NCBI GenBank assembly: GCA_013239625.1
Contig: MU053588.1
Coordinates: forward strand, 3,996,799 to 4,060,798
Length of the DNA stretch: 64,000 bases
Direction: 5' to 3'
Source: Lama guanicoe
Lineage: Eukaryota
Below, in pieces: positions 40,411-53,655 of this stretch. The translations under genes and the position numbers were made by a program. Under the pieces are notes generated by a model. It ran no database searches. It was not told the DNA's origin and saw only the letters and a program-made list of their open reading frames with translations. How positions within the stretch are numbered: the first letter of the stretch is position 1; each line of letters opens with the position of its first letter.

Positions 40411-41227
40411 CTTTTTTACTCCTTTCCTTTTTCTCCACGTCTTTCTTTTCTCTTTGCATATTCTGCAGTTCTACCCATTTAAAAATATCAGCTCTTCCTA
40501 GGGAGTGTAAATTTATATACTCTCCCTGTCTGAAAAACAAAGCAGAGATGCTTCTCTGCAAATGTGATGGATTAGGCCCTGAATTCTGTGAGTAGGCGGT
40601 GGATACAATTCGTCTGCTCCTGTCCGTCTCCCTTCTTGTGTGTGTACATGAGATGTGCACTTGGTGTATTCAGGAATGTGAGACACTTGCTTCACTTTAC
40701 CGAGGCTCATCTTCATAGGCAAACTGAACCTCAGGAATCGTGATTCTACGTATTGTCACGTTTCAGTTTGGTGTGGTAGACCAAGTCTCTCTTTGAATAA
40801 CTCTGGTAGCTTTTTCTGCTGCCCTTTCTGAAAGGTTTTTTTTGACCTCCTCAACATCAGTGTGTTTCTGGATTTTGCAACCATGCTCCATGTTCAAATG
40901 CTACCTAAAATACTCTTTGTAGGTCACCTGAGCGCAAATTGAAGGGCTTGTTTATGTAAGAATTCTTGAATCCCGAAACCCTGCAGATCACAGAGACAAG
41001 AGGATCTCATGTCTCTGTTACCTCTAGCGATGGCTCCTGGGCTTAGAGCACACGAGTGTGATTAAGTGGATAATTTCAGAACTTTGTCTTCCAGTGAACT
41101 TGTAACGTAATTATGATCTTTTAGACATCTTCAAATAAGTAAAGATTCACACTTACTAACCATAGAAGATAAAAGCTGTTTACAGTTATCAGAACGTATA
41201 ACTACATTATCAAAAATTATCAATACC

Positions 41228-41395
41228 ACGGAATAGAGAATCAAAGTCCTACTGGGTAGCACAGAGAACTATGTTCAGTGGCTTGCAGTAACCTGTGATG
41301 AAAAAGAACATATTTACATGTATACCTGAATCACTGTGCTGTATACCAGAAATTAATACAATATTGTAAATCAACTATATTTCAACAAAAAATTT
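41228..41395 (+). mobile_element. Short L1 3' end
   Basis: gtcctactg...tgaatcactgtgctgtataccagaaatt...tcaactatatttcaa plus an A-rich tail. Confidence 0.7.
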
Positions 41396-41744
41396 ACAAA
41401 AGTTACCAACACCAATATGCCAGGCATTACAATTCATCGGTTCTCAGGTAGCAATTTCAAGTCAGATGCTTATGAATGAAAACTGCCTCATCTGTGCGGC
41501 TGGTGTCCCACTGGTACCTCAGCACCCAGGACCTAAGCAGTCATGTAACATACACGGTAGCTCTGCGTAGATTCCGATTGGATATTTCCAGAAGTCAAAA
41601 GGCACTGGCATATGTGGAGATGAAGAGTCCTGGGTAGGAAAGAAAATTACAGAATTTCTAAATAAGTTCTCCAGTGTAACTTGCATCCTAGTGGTATTAA
41701 CTAGTTGATGTCACAGGTGACACAAGAAGCCTGTTACATGTTGC

Positions 41745-42020
41745 AGAGCGTTCTGATCCCAAACCTCCAAGATTCACCCCAACTTTACAGATTAAGGGCA
41801 CAGTCCTCCACAAGACTGCCCTCCAAGACTTCAGGCGCCAGCTGGGGTTCCCTTCTGACCCAGCTGGCTATAGATTTGTGGGTTCTGATGATAGTTGGCT
41901 AGAATGGCTGACAGAAGTCAGGGAAGTGCTCTGCTTAGAGTTAACCATTTCATTATAGCAAACAGTACAAATTGGAACTGGCAAAAGGAAGATGCATAGG
42001 GTGAGGTCTGGGAGAGTTCC
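41745..42020 (-). mobile_element. MER21-family LTR fragment, followed by an MLT1-like piece (about 42020-42310)
   Basis: Shares ttaagggc.cagtc..cacaagactgccc with the copies at 52.7 and 59.1 kb. Confidence 0.5.
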
Positions 42021-43613
42021 CTCCCTTCTGCCTCTTGTAAGGACCCTTGTGATCAGTTTGGGCCCATCCAGAGAATCCAGGGTAACCTCATCTCAAGATC
42101 CTCAAAGCACTCAAATCTGAAGTCCCTTTTGCATGTTAACTTACAGTTAATTAACTGGACGATTAATATGTTAATTGTATAATTAGCTGTACAATTAATA
42201 TGTTAATTACACAGTTAACTGCACAATAAATATGTTAATTGTACATTGACGTAGTCACAGGTTCCAGGGAATAGGGCATGGGCATCCTGAGGGCATTGGA
42301 TTCGCCTGCCTCACCCAGAAACCTGCACGTACCTGTTGAGACTGTTTCAGTGTGTATTTGAATGTAACTTTCCGTTTAAGCAAATGAAACATTAAGGACT
42401 TGGTACCCCCATCCATACTTTAAGCCAGTGGCTTCCATGCATTTTTAACTATGCCCCTCAATAAGGAATACTTTACATCTCACCCCGACATAAATACAAT
42501 GTATGGGCATATTTGTGTGTGTGTCTACAGCTGAAACAAGCATCTCCTATAGTGGTACCCTTTCCACTTGTAATGCACACTTCATGTTTGTATTCTTTTA
42601 ATTTTTCTTTTCATGTGTCACAAGGTCGGGAGTGGGTTTCACAGTTCACTCATACATGCCAGCAAGTTAAAAAATTCTGTCACATCGGGGCTAAAGCAAT
42701 GAAAAAGACAAAGGGCATGTCTTCCTCGTGTCTTTTCCATTCTGATGGGTCTAAAAAGACGAGCACAAATGAGGAAGGCTGGAGGGAAGCAGAGAATAAG
42801 TGCTGCAGGGAAAAGTAAAGCAGAGTAAGGCAGAGGGGAAGGTGAAGGTGTGCGCAGCTGGGGAGGAATGACTTTCTGCTGGGTGAGGAGGACGCCCCCC
42901 CCCCTTGACTGACATGTGCGTATAGAGACCTGCAGGGAGTGAGAGGAAGGGCCAGCTTTGCAGCCCTCTGGGAGGAAGCTTTCCCAGCGGAAGATGACTC
43001 TTCCCTCTCTCCCACTTCAGGGCTGCCTTTGAGAATCTGGACGGTGCCCTGTTTCTTTCCTTTGCCCAAGTGCTTTCTTAGCCACAGAAGATGAGTTTTT
43101 CCCTTTTCCACTTCTTTCAACAGAGACCTAAATTACTACCAGGTTTAGAACAATGCATATAATTATTCCAACCACTTCCCAAGTTTTCTCTGGGAATATC
43201 CTATCTACGAGGACCTAAAATACCTTCGTAGGCCCATAGCCTGAGCTTTTGGGACCTAACTGGGTAGAAGCCCACTTGTCCTAAGCCTGCTAAGGAGAAA
43301 GTGAGTAGACTTTTCATTGATGTTGCTGTAGGCTGGAATGTGGGTTGTCTTGGTTTCAGCCTTAGAGCCCAGGTATTAAACTGTTAGACTTACAGTTCTC
43401 AGTGGGTCACATGTACAGAAGAGTCTGTTGACTTCATTCTTTGCTTCCACTTGTACAGAAAAGCATAACAAAACGATAAATGGTGTTATACAGACATGTC
43501 CCTTCCCCTGGCCTATTAAGGCCTTATCTCCTGGCCTAAGTGTGAAATCCTGATACTGATACTGAACAAAGCATTTACTTGTCCTGGTCTCTGAATATTG
43601 CCTTTTCTCATAG

Positions 43614-45742
43614 GCAACAGGAATCAAAATGAGATGGAGAATCTGCGAAAAGTTGCATTAAAATACATTTCATGGGAAGAGCCATCCTGCTGGCAAATCT
43701 GGAAACAGGTTGCAAGTGATTTAACCAGGGGTCTTTACTGGAAGAGTTCCCCATTTCTACAGGGCGATTCTGTTCAGGTTTCTGAAAATGGGAACCATGT
43801 AATGAATCGTAAAGGAGATAACTCCATTTGCCTTGAAAATCAAGAGTTTTTGGTGTCGAGAACACAGGATTCTCGTGTGAACACCTACCTGAGCGAGGCA
43901 CAGAATCAGAGTAGAGCTGAGCACATCAACAGGAAAAATGACCTGCGTGTGTGTGAAGGCTTCATGAGGAAACCACCACTCAGTGAGCCCGCTGAGACTG
44001 ACATGGACCAGAAACCCTCCAAACATAACGGATGTGGCAGGAGCCTTGGTGACAGCTTCACTCGGCACTGCCCCTTAGGAGAGAGGCTCCTTCCATGCAG
44101 AGAGTGTGGGAAAGGCTTCAGTCATCACTCTGTGCTGCCAGCTCGCCAGAATGTTCACACAGGAGAGCGATGGCCCCGTCAGAGCTCACACCTTCAGACA
44201 TGTCTGAGGATTCCCCGAGGAGAGAAAGTCGATGAATGTCATGAATCAGGTGACTGTTTCAGTAAGACGTCTTTTTATCCTCATCAGTCTCATCATATAG
44301 GAGAGAAGTCCTATCGGTGTGGCAGTTGTGGCAAAGGGTTCAGTAGCAGCACAGGGCTTACCGTCCACTACAGAACGCACACGGGAGAGAAGCCTTACAA
44401 ATGTGCAGAGTGTGGTAAATGCTTCAGTCAGAGTTCAAATTTTCAGTGCCATCAGAGAGTCCACACAGAAGAAAAACCATACAAATGTGAAGAGTGTGGG
44501 AAGGGCTTCGGCTGGAGCGTTAATCTTCGCGTTCATCAGAGGGTCCACAGGGGTGAGAAACCCTATAAATGTGGAGAGTGTGGGAAGGGTTTCACTCAGG
44601 CCGCACATTATCACATCCATCGGCGGGTCCATACTGGGGAGAAACCTTACAAATGTGATGTCTGTGGCAAGGGCTTCAGTCACAATTCCCCTTTAATATG
44701 CCACCGGAGGGTCCACACCGGAGAGAAACCCTACAAATGTGAGGTGTGTGGGAAAGGCTTCACCCGGAATACCGATCTTCACATCCATTTGAGAGTCCAC
44801 ACGGGAGAGAAGCCCTACAAATGTAAGGAGTGCGGGAAGGGCTTCAGTCAGGCTTCCAATCTTCAGGTCCATCAGAACGTCCACACTGGGGAGAAACGAT
44901 TCAAATGCGAAACGTGTGGGAAGGGCTTCAGCCAGTCGTCAAAGCTTCAGACCCATCAGAGAGTCCACACCGGAGAGAAGCCATACAAATGTGATGTGTG
45001 TGGTAAGGACTTCAGTTACAGTTCAAATCTCAAACTGCACCAAGTGATCCACACCGGAGAAAAACCATATAAATGCGAGGAGTGCGGGAAGGGCTTCAGC
45101 TGGAGGTCAAATCTTCATGCACATCAGAGAGTCCACTCAGGAGAGAAACCCTACAGATGTAAGGAGTGTGATAAGGGCTTCAGTCAGGCGATAGATTTTC
45201 GGGTCCATCAGAGAGTCCACACTGGAGAGAAACCCTACAAATGTGAGGTGTGTGGGAAGGGCTTCAGTCAGTCCTCTGGTTTGCAGTCCCACCAGAGAGT
45301 CCACACTGGGGAAAAGCCGTACAAATGTGATGTCTGTGGAAAGGGTTTTAGATACAGTTCCCAGTTTATATACCACCAGAGAGGCCACACTGGCGAGAAA
45401 CCGTACAAATGTGAAGAGTGTGGGAAAGGCTTCGGCAGGAGTTTGAATCTTCGCCATCACCAGAGGGTCCACACGGGAGAGAAACCCCATAAGTGTGAGG
45501 AGTGTGGGAAGGCCTTCAGTCTCCCCTCAAATCTTCGAGTCCATCTGAGTGTTCACACTCGGGAGAAACTATTTAAATGTGAGGTGTGTGGTAAGGGCTT
45601 TAATCAGAGTTCACGTCTTCAGGCCCATCAGAGAGTCCACACTGGAGAAAAACCATACAGGTGTGACGTCTGTGGTAAGGACTTCAGTCACCGTTCCCGC
45701 CTCACGTACCATCAGAAAGTCCATACTGGCAAGAATCTTTAA
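43614..45742 (+). CDS. ZNF227: Terminal exon of ZNF227: spacer, about 3 degenerate fingers and 17 intact C2H2 fingers
   Basis: Acceptor ctcatag ends at 43613, in frame with ORF 43598..45742. Helices [27 protein letters not shown] and SQAIDFRVH match ZNF227 as recalled. Confidence 0.93.
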
Positions 45743-46129
45743 AAATCAGAAACATGTTATTGACTTCGGTCAGGATGCATGTCTTCAAGCTTTTGGTGAT
45801 TCCATGCTGGTGATAAACTCTACAATAAAGTATTGAGGGTGGAAAGGGATTTCTTCAGATGGAATCTTTCTAACAAATCCATTAAAATGACATAGACCCA
45901 TACATTGTAACAGAGAAGAATTAAGTTGTAACCCTCCTGGTAAGATCCACTTGATATAAATCATCTTTCAAAGTGAATATATGCCTGAAAACAATGTGTG
46001 ATAAGGCTATTTGCTGTATACTAGCTAGGTTTTTGGGGAATTAAGGGGATTATTTTTCCTTCAGCTTCCATTTTATACTTACTTACAGTGACTGTTATTT
46101 TTACTAAAGCTGTAAAACTATGAAAAATG

Positions 46130-46135
46130 AATAAA
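46130..46135 (+). terminator. Candidate polyadenylation signal of ZNF227 (another AATAAA at 45824)
   Basis: AATAAA about 390 nt after the stop codon; usage not verifiable from sequence. Confidence 0.4.
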
Positions 46136-47034
46136 ATTACTGACAAAATTTCCAGTAGCCAAGAAGTCATAATATGGTCGCTTCATTCCATATGGTAGAT
46201 TGGATTAAAATTAAAGAATAGATCCCCAGAGATGAATCTTTGATCCTCAGAAGTAAATATCTGTCTACTGTAGATGTATTTGAAGGGATATTCATTGCAT
46301 CATTGTTTATAACGGCAAACATAGAAATAATCTGTTGGATTGCCAAAGTATTTTGTGATTTATTGACCCAGTGGATCTCTCTACGGACATCAAATGAGAG
46401 AAGGTAAATTTGCATTACGTATGTTGGAAGATGCCCAGGACACATTCACCTGGAAAAACACAAAACATGGGATTTTCGTGTGGTCTCATTTAAAAAAAAA
46501 AAGAGCATATGTAGGTGTTAATTTCTAGTTATTTCTAAATGATGAGAGTTTGCTTCATATATATTTTTTACCTCTTTTTAACTTTCTTGAAAAAATTTAA
46601 AACTTCCCAAAAGTTGTAAAAATTATATAAAATCTCTCATATACCCTTTACTCAGATTCACCAGTTAACATGTTTGAGTCGTTCTCTTTTTGTGATGAAT
46701 GTGTATACATGCACATACATACTGACATATTTTTCTTTAACCACGAGTATGTTCCAGACCGCTTACCCTTTGCATCCAAATACTTAAGTGTGTGTATCTT
46801 AGAACAAGGATATTTACTTAACATAGCTACATCAGGAAAATTGAATTTTGATACACAACATTATCTAACCTACAGACCTTACTGAAATTTTATCAGTTGT
46901 CCTGATAATATATTTATCACACATTTTCCTGGTCTAGAATCCAGTTAATGATTATATATTTCACTTAGACTCCTTTAATCTGGATTAGAACTCATTCTTT
47001 GTCTTTAATGACCTTGATTAAAAAATTTTTTTTC

Positions 47035-47365
47035 TTGTTCTTTTTTTTAATTGAAGTATAGTCAGTTTATAACATGTTAATTTCTGGTGTACAGCATAGT
47101 GTTTCGGTTATGCATACACTTTTTCATATTCTTTCTCATAGGCCAATACAAGGTATTGAATGTAGTTCCCTGTGCTATACAGGAGACCCTTGTTTATCTG
47201 TTTAAGTTACTATCTGCAAATCCCTAACTCCCAACTTACCCCTCCACCCCTCCCCTTCCCCCCAGTAACCATAGCTTGTTTTCTGTCTGAGTCTGTTTCT
47301 CTTTTGTAAATAAGTTCATTTGTGTCATTTTTTTAGATTCCACATGTAAGTGATAGACCTTGGTA
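47035..47365 (-). mobile_element. L1 3' end
   Basis: T tail plus ttgaagtatagtcagttt...tagattccacat. Confidence 0.75.
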
Positions 47366-48282
47366 TTTTTGAATGTCACTTAACTTGGATTTTTCTAAGG
47401 TTTTCTCCTTACTAGATTTAAACTGTACGTTTTTGGGTACAAGGATTCCATAAGTGATATGTCCTTGGCGTATCACGTTAAGGAAACATGATATGTTTGT
47501 CCCCTTGTAAGTGAGGTTGACATGGTTAACTTGATTAAGGTAGGCATGAACTGGGGCTTCCACTGTAGAGTTACCATTTTTGCCTTTGTAATTAATCATT
47601 TGTGAGGAGATAATTTTCTGGTTCCGCAAATGGCTTGTTTTTACGAATATTCCTATTCTAGTTTAAGCATCCATTGCAAAACCTAGCCTAAATAGATTAT
47701 TACTGATGGTTACAAATGGGTGATGTTTCTGCCTTCCTCATTCCCTCAACATTTGTTAGCAGACATCTGTCCGTTATTCACTTTTTGTAAGTTTGAGCAT
47801 GTCTCTCACTCTCTTGATACAATACAGTATTCCATATGCATCTTGTACCCCACTGCCCCAGCCAGGGGGTTTGCTCTTTCTTTGAGAGCCCTGGTTCCTT
47901 ATGGTGGGGACTGGTGTTTAGAAAGATCTGAGTAATAGATGTGCTCATTTTCACTCCTGTGGGCAGAGAGATGATAGGCAGGCAGATAGACAGGTGGGTA
48001 GAGAGGGAGGTACAAATGTCAAAAGAACGAATCATGAGTTCATACTTTCACCACCAGTAATTCCTCATTCAACATCAGTGTTCTTCCTAGCCTCCCCCAA
48101 ACTGCAAATTCATTCTTCAAGAATCAGAAATGTGGCTCCCAATATTATCCACATATACCAGCTAGGACTTCACAGGAAGAGAAAATGGAGTATTGGACAG
48201 CTGATGCCAGAAATGATTGTTGAATGGCATAGCTCCCCTCAATCCCCCAACTAAAACTTTTCCCATCCTTATGGCATTAACT

Positions 48283-48983
48283 TTATTTTTTCAATTGAAC
48301 TACAGTCAATTTCTGGTGTACAGCACAATGTCCCAGTCCTGCTTATACATACATACATTCATTTTCATTTTTTCCATTAAAGGTTATTACAAGATAATTG
48401 CTATACAGAAGAAACTTTTTTAAATCTATTTTTATATAGTGGCTAACATTTGTAAATCTCAAACTCCCAAATTTATCTCTTCCCACCTCCTTTCCCCAGT
48501 AACCATAAGATTGTTTACTATGTCTGGGAGTCTGTTTCTGTTTTGTAGATGAGTTCATGGTGTCCTTTTTTGATTCCACATATGAGTGATATCATAGGTA
48601 TTCTTTCTCTTTCTGGCTTCACTTAGAATGATGATCTGTAAGTCCATCCATGCTGCTGCAAATGGCATTATTTTATTCTTTCTTATGGCTGAGTAGTATT
48701 CTATTCATTCTCTCTCTCTCTCCATATCTATGTGTATATACATTTATCCAGTCATCTGTTGATGGACATTTAGATATTTTCCATGTCTTGGCTGTTGTAA
48801 ATAGTGCAGCTGTGAACATTGTTGGGGGGGTGTGTGTTTGCAAATTATAGTTTTCTCTGGATATATGCTCAAGAGTGGGATTGCTGGGTCATATGGTAAG
48901 TCTATTTTTAGTTATTTAAGGAACCTCCATATTGTCCTCCATAGCAGCTGCACAGTTTACATTCCCACCAACAGTGTAGGAGG
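48283..48983 (-). mobile_element. L1 3' end, adjoining older L1M sequence (about 48985-50240)
   Basis: L1 3' UTR and ORF2-end motifs; ORF 48343..48579(-) is the usual L1 tail reading. Confidence 0.75.
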
Positions 48984-51502
48984 TCTCATCTTGATTTCTA
49001 AAAAAATTTGCTGAGATTTTGATGGGAAGTGTGTTAGACGATTTGGTATCTTAATTTAAGTCTTCCAATCCATGGACATGGTGTAGATCTCTGTTTAGGT
49101 CTTTTATTTCATCAGTGATTTTTTGAGTTTCAGTACACAGTTGTTGCCTGTGTTTTGTTAGATCTATATTTAAGTATTTTCTGAAATTTTTGTTCTTTGT
49201 AGCTTCTTTATATAATAGAGTGTCTGCAAACGGAGACAATTATTTCTTTTTTTCCAGTGTGTTTTTGTTGTTTGTTTTTCCCTTATAGTAATGTCTGGAC
49301 CCTCCAGAAAGCTATTGAATGGGAATATTGAAAGCAGACATCTTTGCCTTTTTCCTCATCCTAGGGGAAAACATTTAGTCTTTTAAGTGTTATATTAACC
49401 GTAGGCTCTTGTAAATGCCTTTTATGCCGTTAAGGAGAGTCCTTTTATCCCTGGTTTGCTGAAAAATTTTCATCATGAATGTATGTTAAATTTTCTCAAG
49501 AGTTTTTTTCTGCGTCTGTTAAATGGTTATATAGTTTTTCTTCTTTAGACTATTACTATAGTAAATTACATTAATTTTCAAATATGGGAACAACATTGCA
49601 TTCCTCGGATAAACCCACTTGATCATGATGTATTATTATTTTCAAATATTGTATTCTACTTAATATTTGTTGAGGGATTTTGCATCTGTGTTCATGAGGG
49701 ATATTGGCCTATAGTCTTTGTTTATGTAATGTCTTTTTCTTATTTTGATAACAAGGTAATGCTGGCCTCATAAAATGAGTTGAGAAGTGTTTTATTCTGT
49801 TCTCTCAAAATGCTTTTGTAGAATTGTTTTTTTTTTCTTCTAATGATTGGTAGATGTAAGCACTCTAGGCCTGGTGTTGTTGTTGTTGTTTTAGAAATTT
49901 TTAAAACTTGAATTCAGAATGGGTACAGAAATACTCTGGCTATTTATTTTTCCTTGAATGAGTTTTGGAAGTTTGTGCTCTTTTAAGGAATTTGTCCTTT
50001 CACCCAAGTTGTCACATGTGGCACGACACTGTTTACAGTATCCTTTTAATTGTCCTTATTTATATTGAATTATCTTACTATCCTTTTAGGATCTGTAATC
50101 ATATCTTTCAGTCCTGCAGTTGGTAATTTCTATTTTATTATAGTTCTTTTCAAAGCTTACTACTTTTTCTCTATTGTTGTTCTTTCAGTTCCAGTGATTT
50201 CTGCTTTCCCTCTTTTATTATCTCCTTCCTTCTTTTCCTGAATACCATTATTAGAACTCACTTGAAGTTCCTGCTAGGGACTTTTGTTCATTTTTTCCCT
50301 CCCCAGCATTAGCTCCCTTCTCCATGCCTATGTTCCCTCCTCACTCGGTTGTGTTACCCAGCTCTCTGGGAGTTATAGAGAACTCTTATTTCGCCAGGTG
50401 TTTAAACTACAGGAATTATTGCTACATTCAGCCCCTCATTCCAGTTATACTTGAAAATACATTTTTAAAATCCATTTTAACCCATTAAAGTTAAACTGCT
50501 TTGAGAGTTGTAGAGTGACACCAGTGAAAATGATGGAGTAGGTAGTTCCAAGGGCCCAACCTCCATAGAAACAACAAAATCAACAACTGTCAGAATATGC
50601 TTCTTTGGAATTCTGGAAAAATAGCCAAAGGTTCACAACAACCCAGTGAATGCTGAATAGAGAAAACAGCAACTTTAAAATGGTAGAAAAGCTTTGTGGT
50701 ATTTTTACGTGCCTTTGCTTCACCCTTCTCTCCAGATCAGTGATGGTCTTGAAAGTGACAGCCTACATTCCCAATGTAGGACCCTTATCCCTGGCTTCTA
50801 AGGAAGCAGAGCTGAACTTGTTCTCCAAGAACTGTGTTTGTCTGTTTTGAACTCTATAGGAGCTGGCTGGAGGACTAATGCAAGGTTTCTGATTCTGTTT
50901 CACCTAACTTAGAAGTCTCTCATAGTGGAAAAGCAGCTAAATGGAGACTTCCTTGAAACATCAAAAGGCAGATGAACAAACCACTGCCATCTGTGGTAAG
51001 AGATTACAGTTGAGGCAAACAATAGATGAGCTGAAAGCCTGGGAGGAAAATCTGGAGAGAGATTCTGTGGGAGAAGTAGGGCATTGAAAAGCTCTGTGTA
51101 TACTGGGGAATTTAGAAAGCCATGACTGTGCCTAGGGTAAGCCATGTCTTCAGAAATGACCTGTTAAGCCTCTAAGCTTTTACCTCTGGCTGATCTTTGG
51201 CTACCAGTGAAACAAGAGGTGAAAGCTAAGGCAGGGTTGTAAATGGTTTGGCTAAGTGTGAAAGGAGGGTTCCAATACAGAGCCATTACCTAAAGACTGG
51301 GAGTATTTTTTTCTTTTATTTCTTTTTCTTCTCTTCCTCCTCCTCCTTGTCCTCCTTCTCTTCGTCCTCCATATCCTCCTCCTCCTCTTCCTGCTTCTCT
51401 ACCCAGATATTCCAGGAAATCTCTATTAGCACTGTAGCTGAACAGAAACTAAAAGAACAGACCACATAAGACAGTTTTTAAAAGAGTTTAGAAAAGTCAT
51501 TA

Positions 51503-51901
51503 TGTTTATTCCTATTCTACTGTAACAACATACCACAAACGTGGGTGGCTTAAAACACAGAAATTTGTTCTCTCATATTCTGGAGGCTAGATGTTTAATC
51601 AAGGCGTCAGCAGGGCTGTGCTCTCCTTCCTTGTGTCTTGCTACCTTCTGGTGGTGGCCATTGATCCTGGTTCCTTGGCTTTCAGCTGCGTCACTCTAAT
51701 CTCTGTCTCTGTAGTCACATGGTGTTCTCCCTGTGTATTGTTCTAGTCACATGTCATTTTCCTCTCCTTACAAGGACACCAGTCATATTGGATTATGGTA
51801 CACTTAACTTGATTATATCAAGTTGCCCAATAAGGTCACATTCACAAATACTGGAGGTTAGGACTTCAGTATATCTTTTGATGGCACACAAGCCCTTAAC
51901 A
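51503..51901 (-). mobile_element. MLT1 (ERVL-MaLR) LTR
   Basis: taacaacataccacaaac.tgggtggcttaaaacacagaaattt...ctggaggttaggacttca. Confidence 0.75.
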
Positions 51902-52729
51902 GTCACTTAAAAACAGATCATTGCAACCCACAGCAAGCAATAAAAAACAAGTGGAAGAATCTGATTTCAAGAAATAGCACATTATAATATTCAACAGAAA
52001 ATTACACAATGTGAAAAGAAACAAAAAATATGAACCATCCACAGGAGAAAATCCAAATTATCCCCAGTGAGGTACAGATATTGAGCTTACTTGACAAAGA
52101 TTTTAAATCAACTGTCTTAAATGTTCTCAAAGTACTAAAATCCATGGACAAAGAATACACAGAAACCAGGAAAATGTTCTCTGAACAAATAGAGAATATC
52201 AATAGATGAAAATTATAAAAAGGAAACAAATTCTGGGGCTGCAAAATCCTTGTTTTTTCCTGGAAAAAAATACTAGAGGGCTTCCACATCAGATTCTTCA
52301 GCAGGCAGAAGAATCGGTGAACTAAAAGATAGGTTAATTGAAAGATAGGTTAATTGAAATTATTTAGTCTGAGGAGTGGAAAGAAAAATAAACAGAGCCT
52401 AAGAGTACGCCATTAAACGTACCAACGTATACATGATGAGAGTCTCAATAGGAGAGGAAGGAGAGAAAGGGGCAGAAAGAACATTTGAAGAAATAATGAT
52501 CAAAAATGTCACAAAATATATGATATGAATCTACACATCTAAGGTCAAGAGGGATAAATGCAAAGAGATCCACACCAAGACATTTTAATCAAACCGTCAA
52601 AAGCCAAAGCCAAAGCATCTTGAAAGCAAGAGGGATTATGATTCATCATGTACAAGGAATCTACAATCAAATTAACAATTAAAAAGAAAAAACCTATAGT
52701 TCTCCTGTATAGGAAAAGACATGATTCTT

Positions 52730-53655
52730 CCCCACTGTTTGTTTCCTCCCTGTGAGTCTCCTTTGCTACTCACATAGAACACTTTCCTTCTGACACTTCT
52801 GGTCACCAAATGTGTGGAGGTTTTTGCCTACAACAAGCACTTCCCTGTGACACCAGCTGGGTGTCCTACAATTTAGCTCAATTCTGACACTATTTACCAG
52901 GAGATAGCATCAGAGCCCACAGGTTAAGGGCTCAGTTCCACAAGTCTGTTCCCAAACCACTTCTAATGCCAGTTGCAAATTGTAGGTTCCCAGGTTACCA
53001 ATAACTTCTGTCTGATTTGGCTACAAATTGGAGATTCCCATAATCTCCTTTCAGTTTCAACTAATTTGCTAGAGTGGCTCCCATAACTCAGGGAAACACT
53101 AACATTTACCAGTTTATTAAAAGTATATAATAAAGGACACAGATGAACAGCCAGATGAAGAGATACAGAGGGCAAGGTATATGGAAAGGGGAACGAAGAT
53201 TCCATGCCGTCTCTTGGCAAGTGACTTTCCCTGAAATTCCACCTGTTCACCAACCTGAAACTCTCCAAACCCTGTCCTTTTGGGATTTTTATGGAAGCTT
53301 CATCACTTAGGCATAACCAATCATTATGTCAATTTTCAGCCCTTCTCCCTTCTTAAGAGAATGGGGAGTGGAGCTGAAATCCCAAGCTTCTAATCATGGC
53401 TTGTACTTTCTTGTGATCAACCCTTATTTAGGAGCTGTCCAGGTGCCCAGCCAGAGCTGCATTTTAGACTAAAAGACACTTCTGTCATCCAGGGAATTAC
53501 AAGAATTTCAGGAGCTCTGTGTCAGAAACTGGAATTAGAGACCAAATATTAAAAGATGCTCCTAGTGCTCTTAATACTTAGGAAACTACAAAGGTTTCAG
53601 GAGCTCTGTACCAGGAACTGTGGGCAGAGCCCAATACACAGTTTTTATTATCTCA
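52730..53655 (-). mobile_element. MER21-family LTR
   Basis: gacaccagctgggtgtcctacaattt...caattctgacact...cccacaggttaagggctcag. Confidence 0.7.

Noticed and set aside
51320..51400. Poly-Ser ORF (51248..51469)
   Set aside because: A TCC/TTC low-complexity tract within an L1M remnant.
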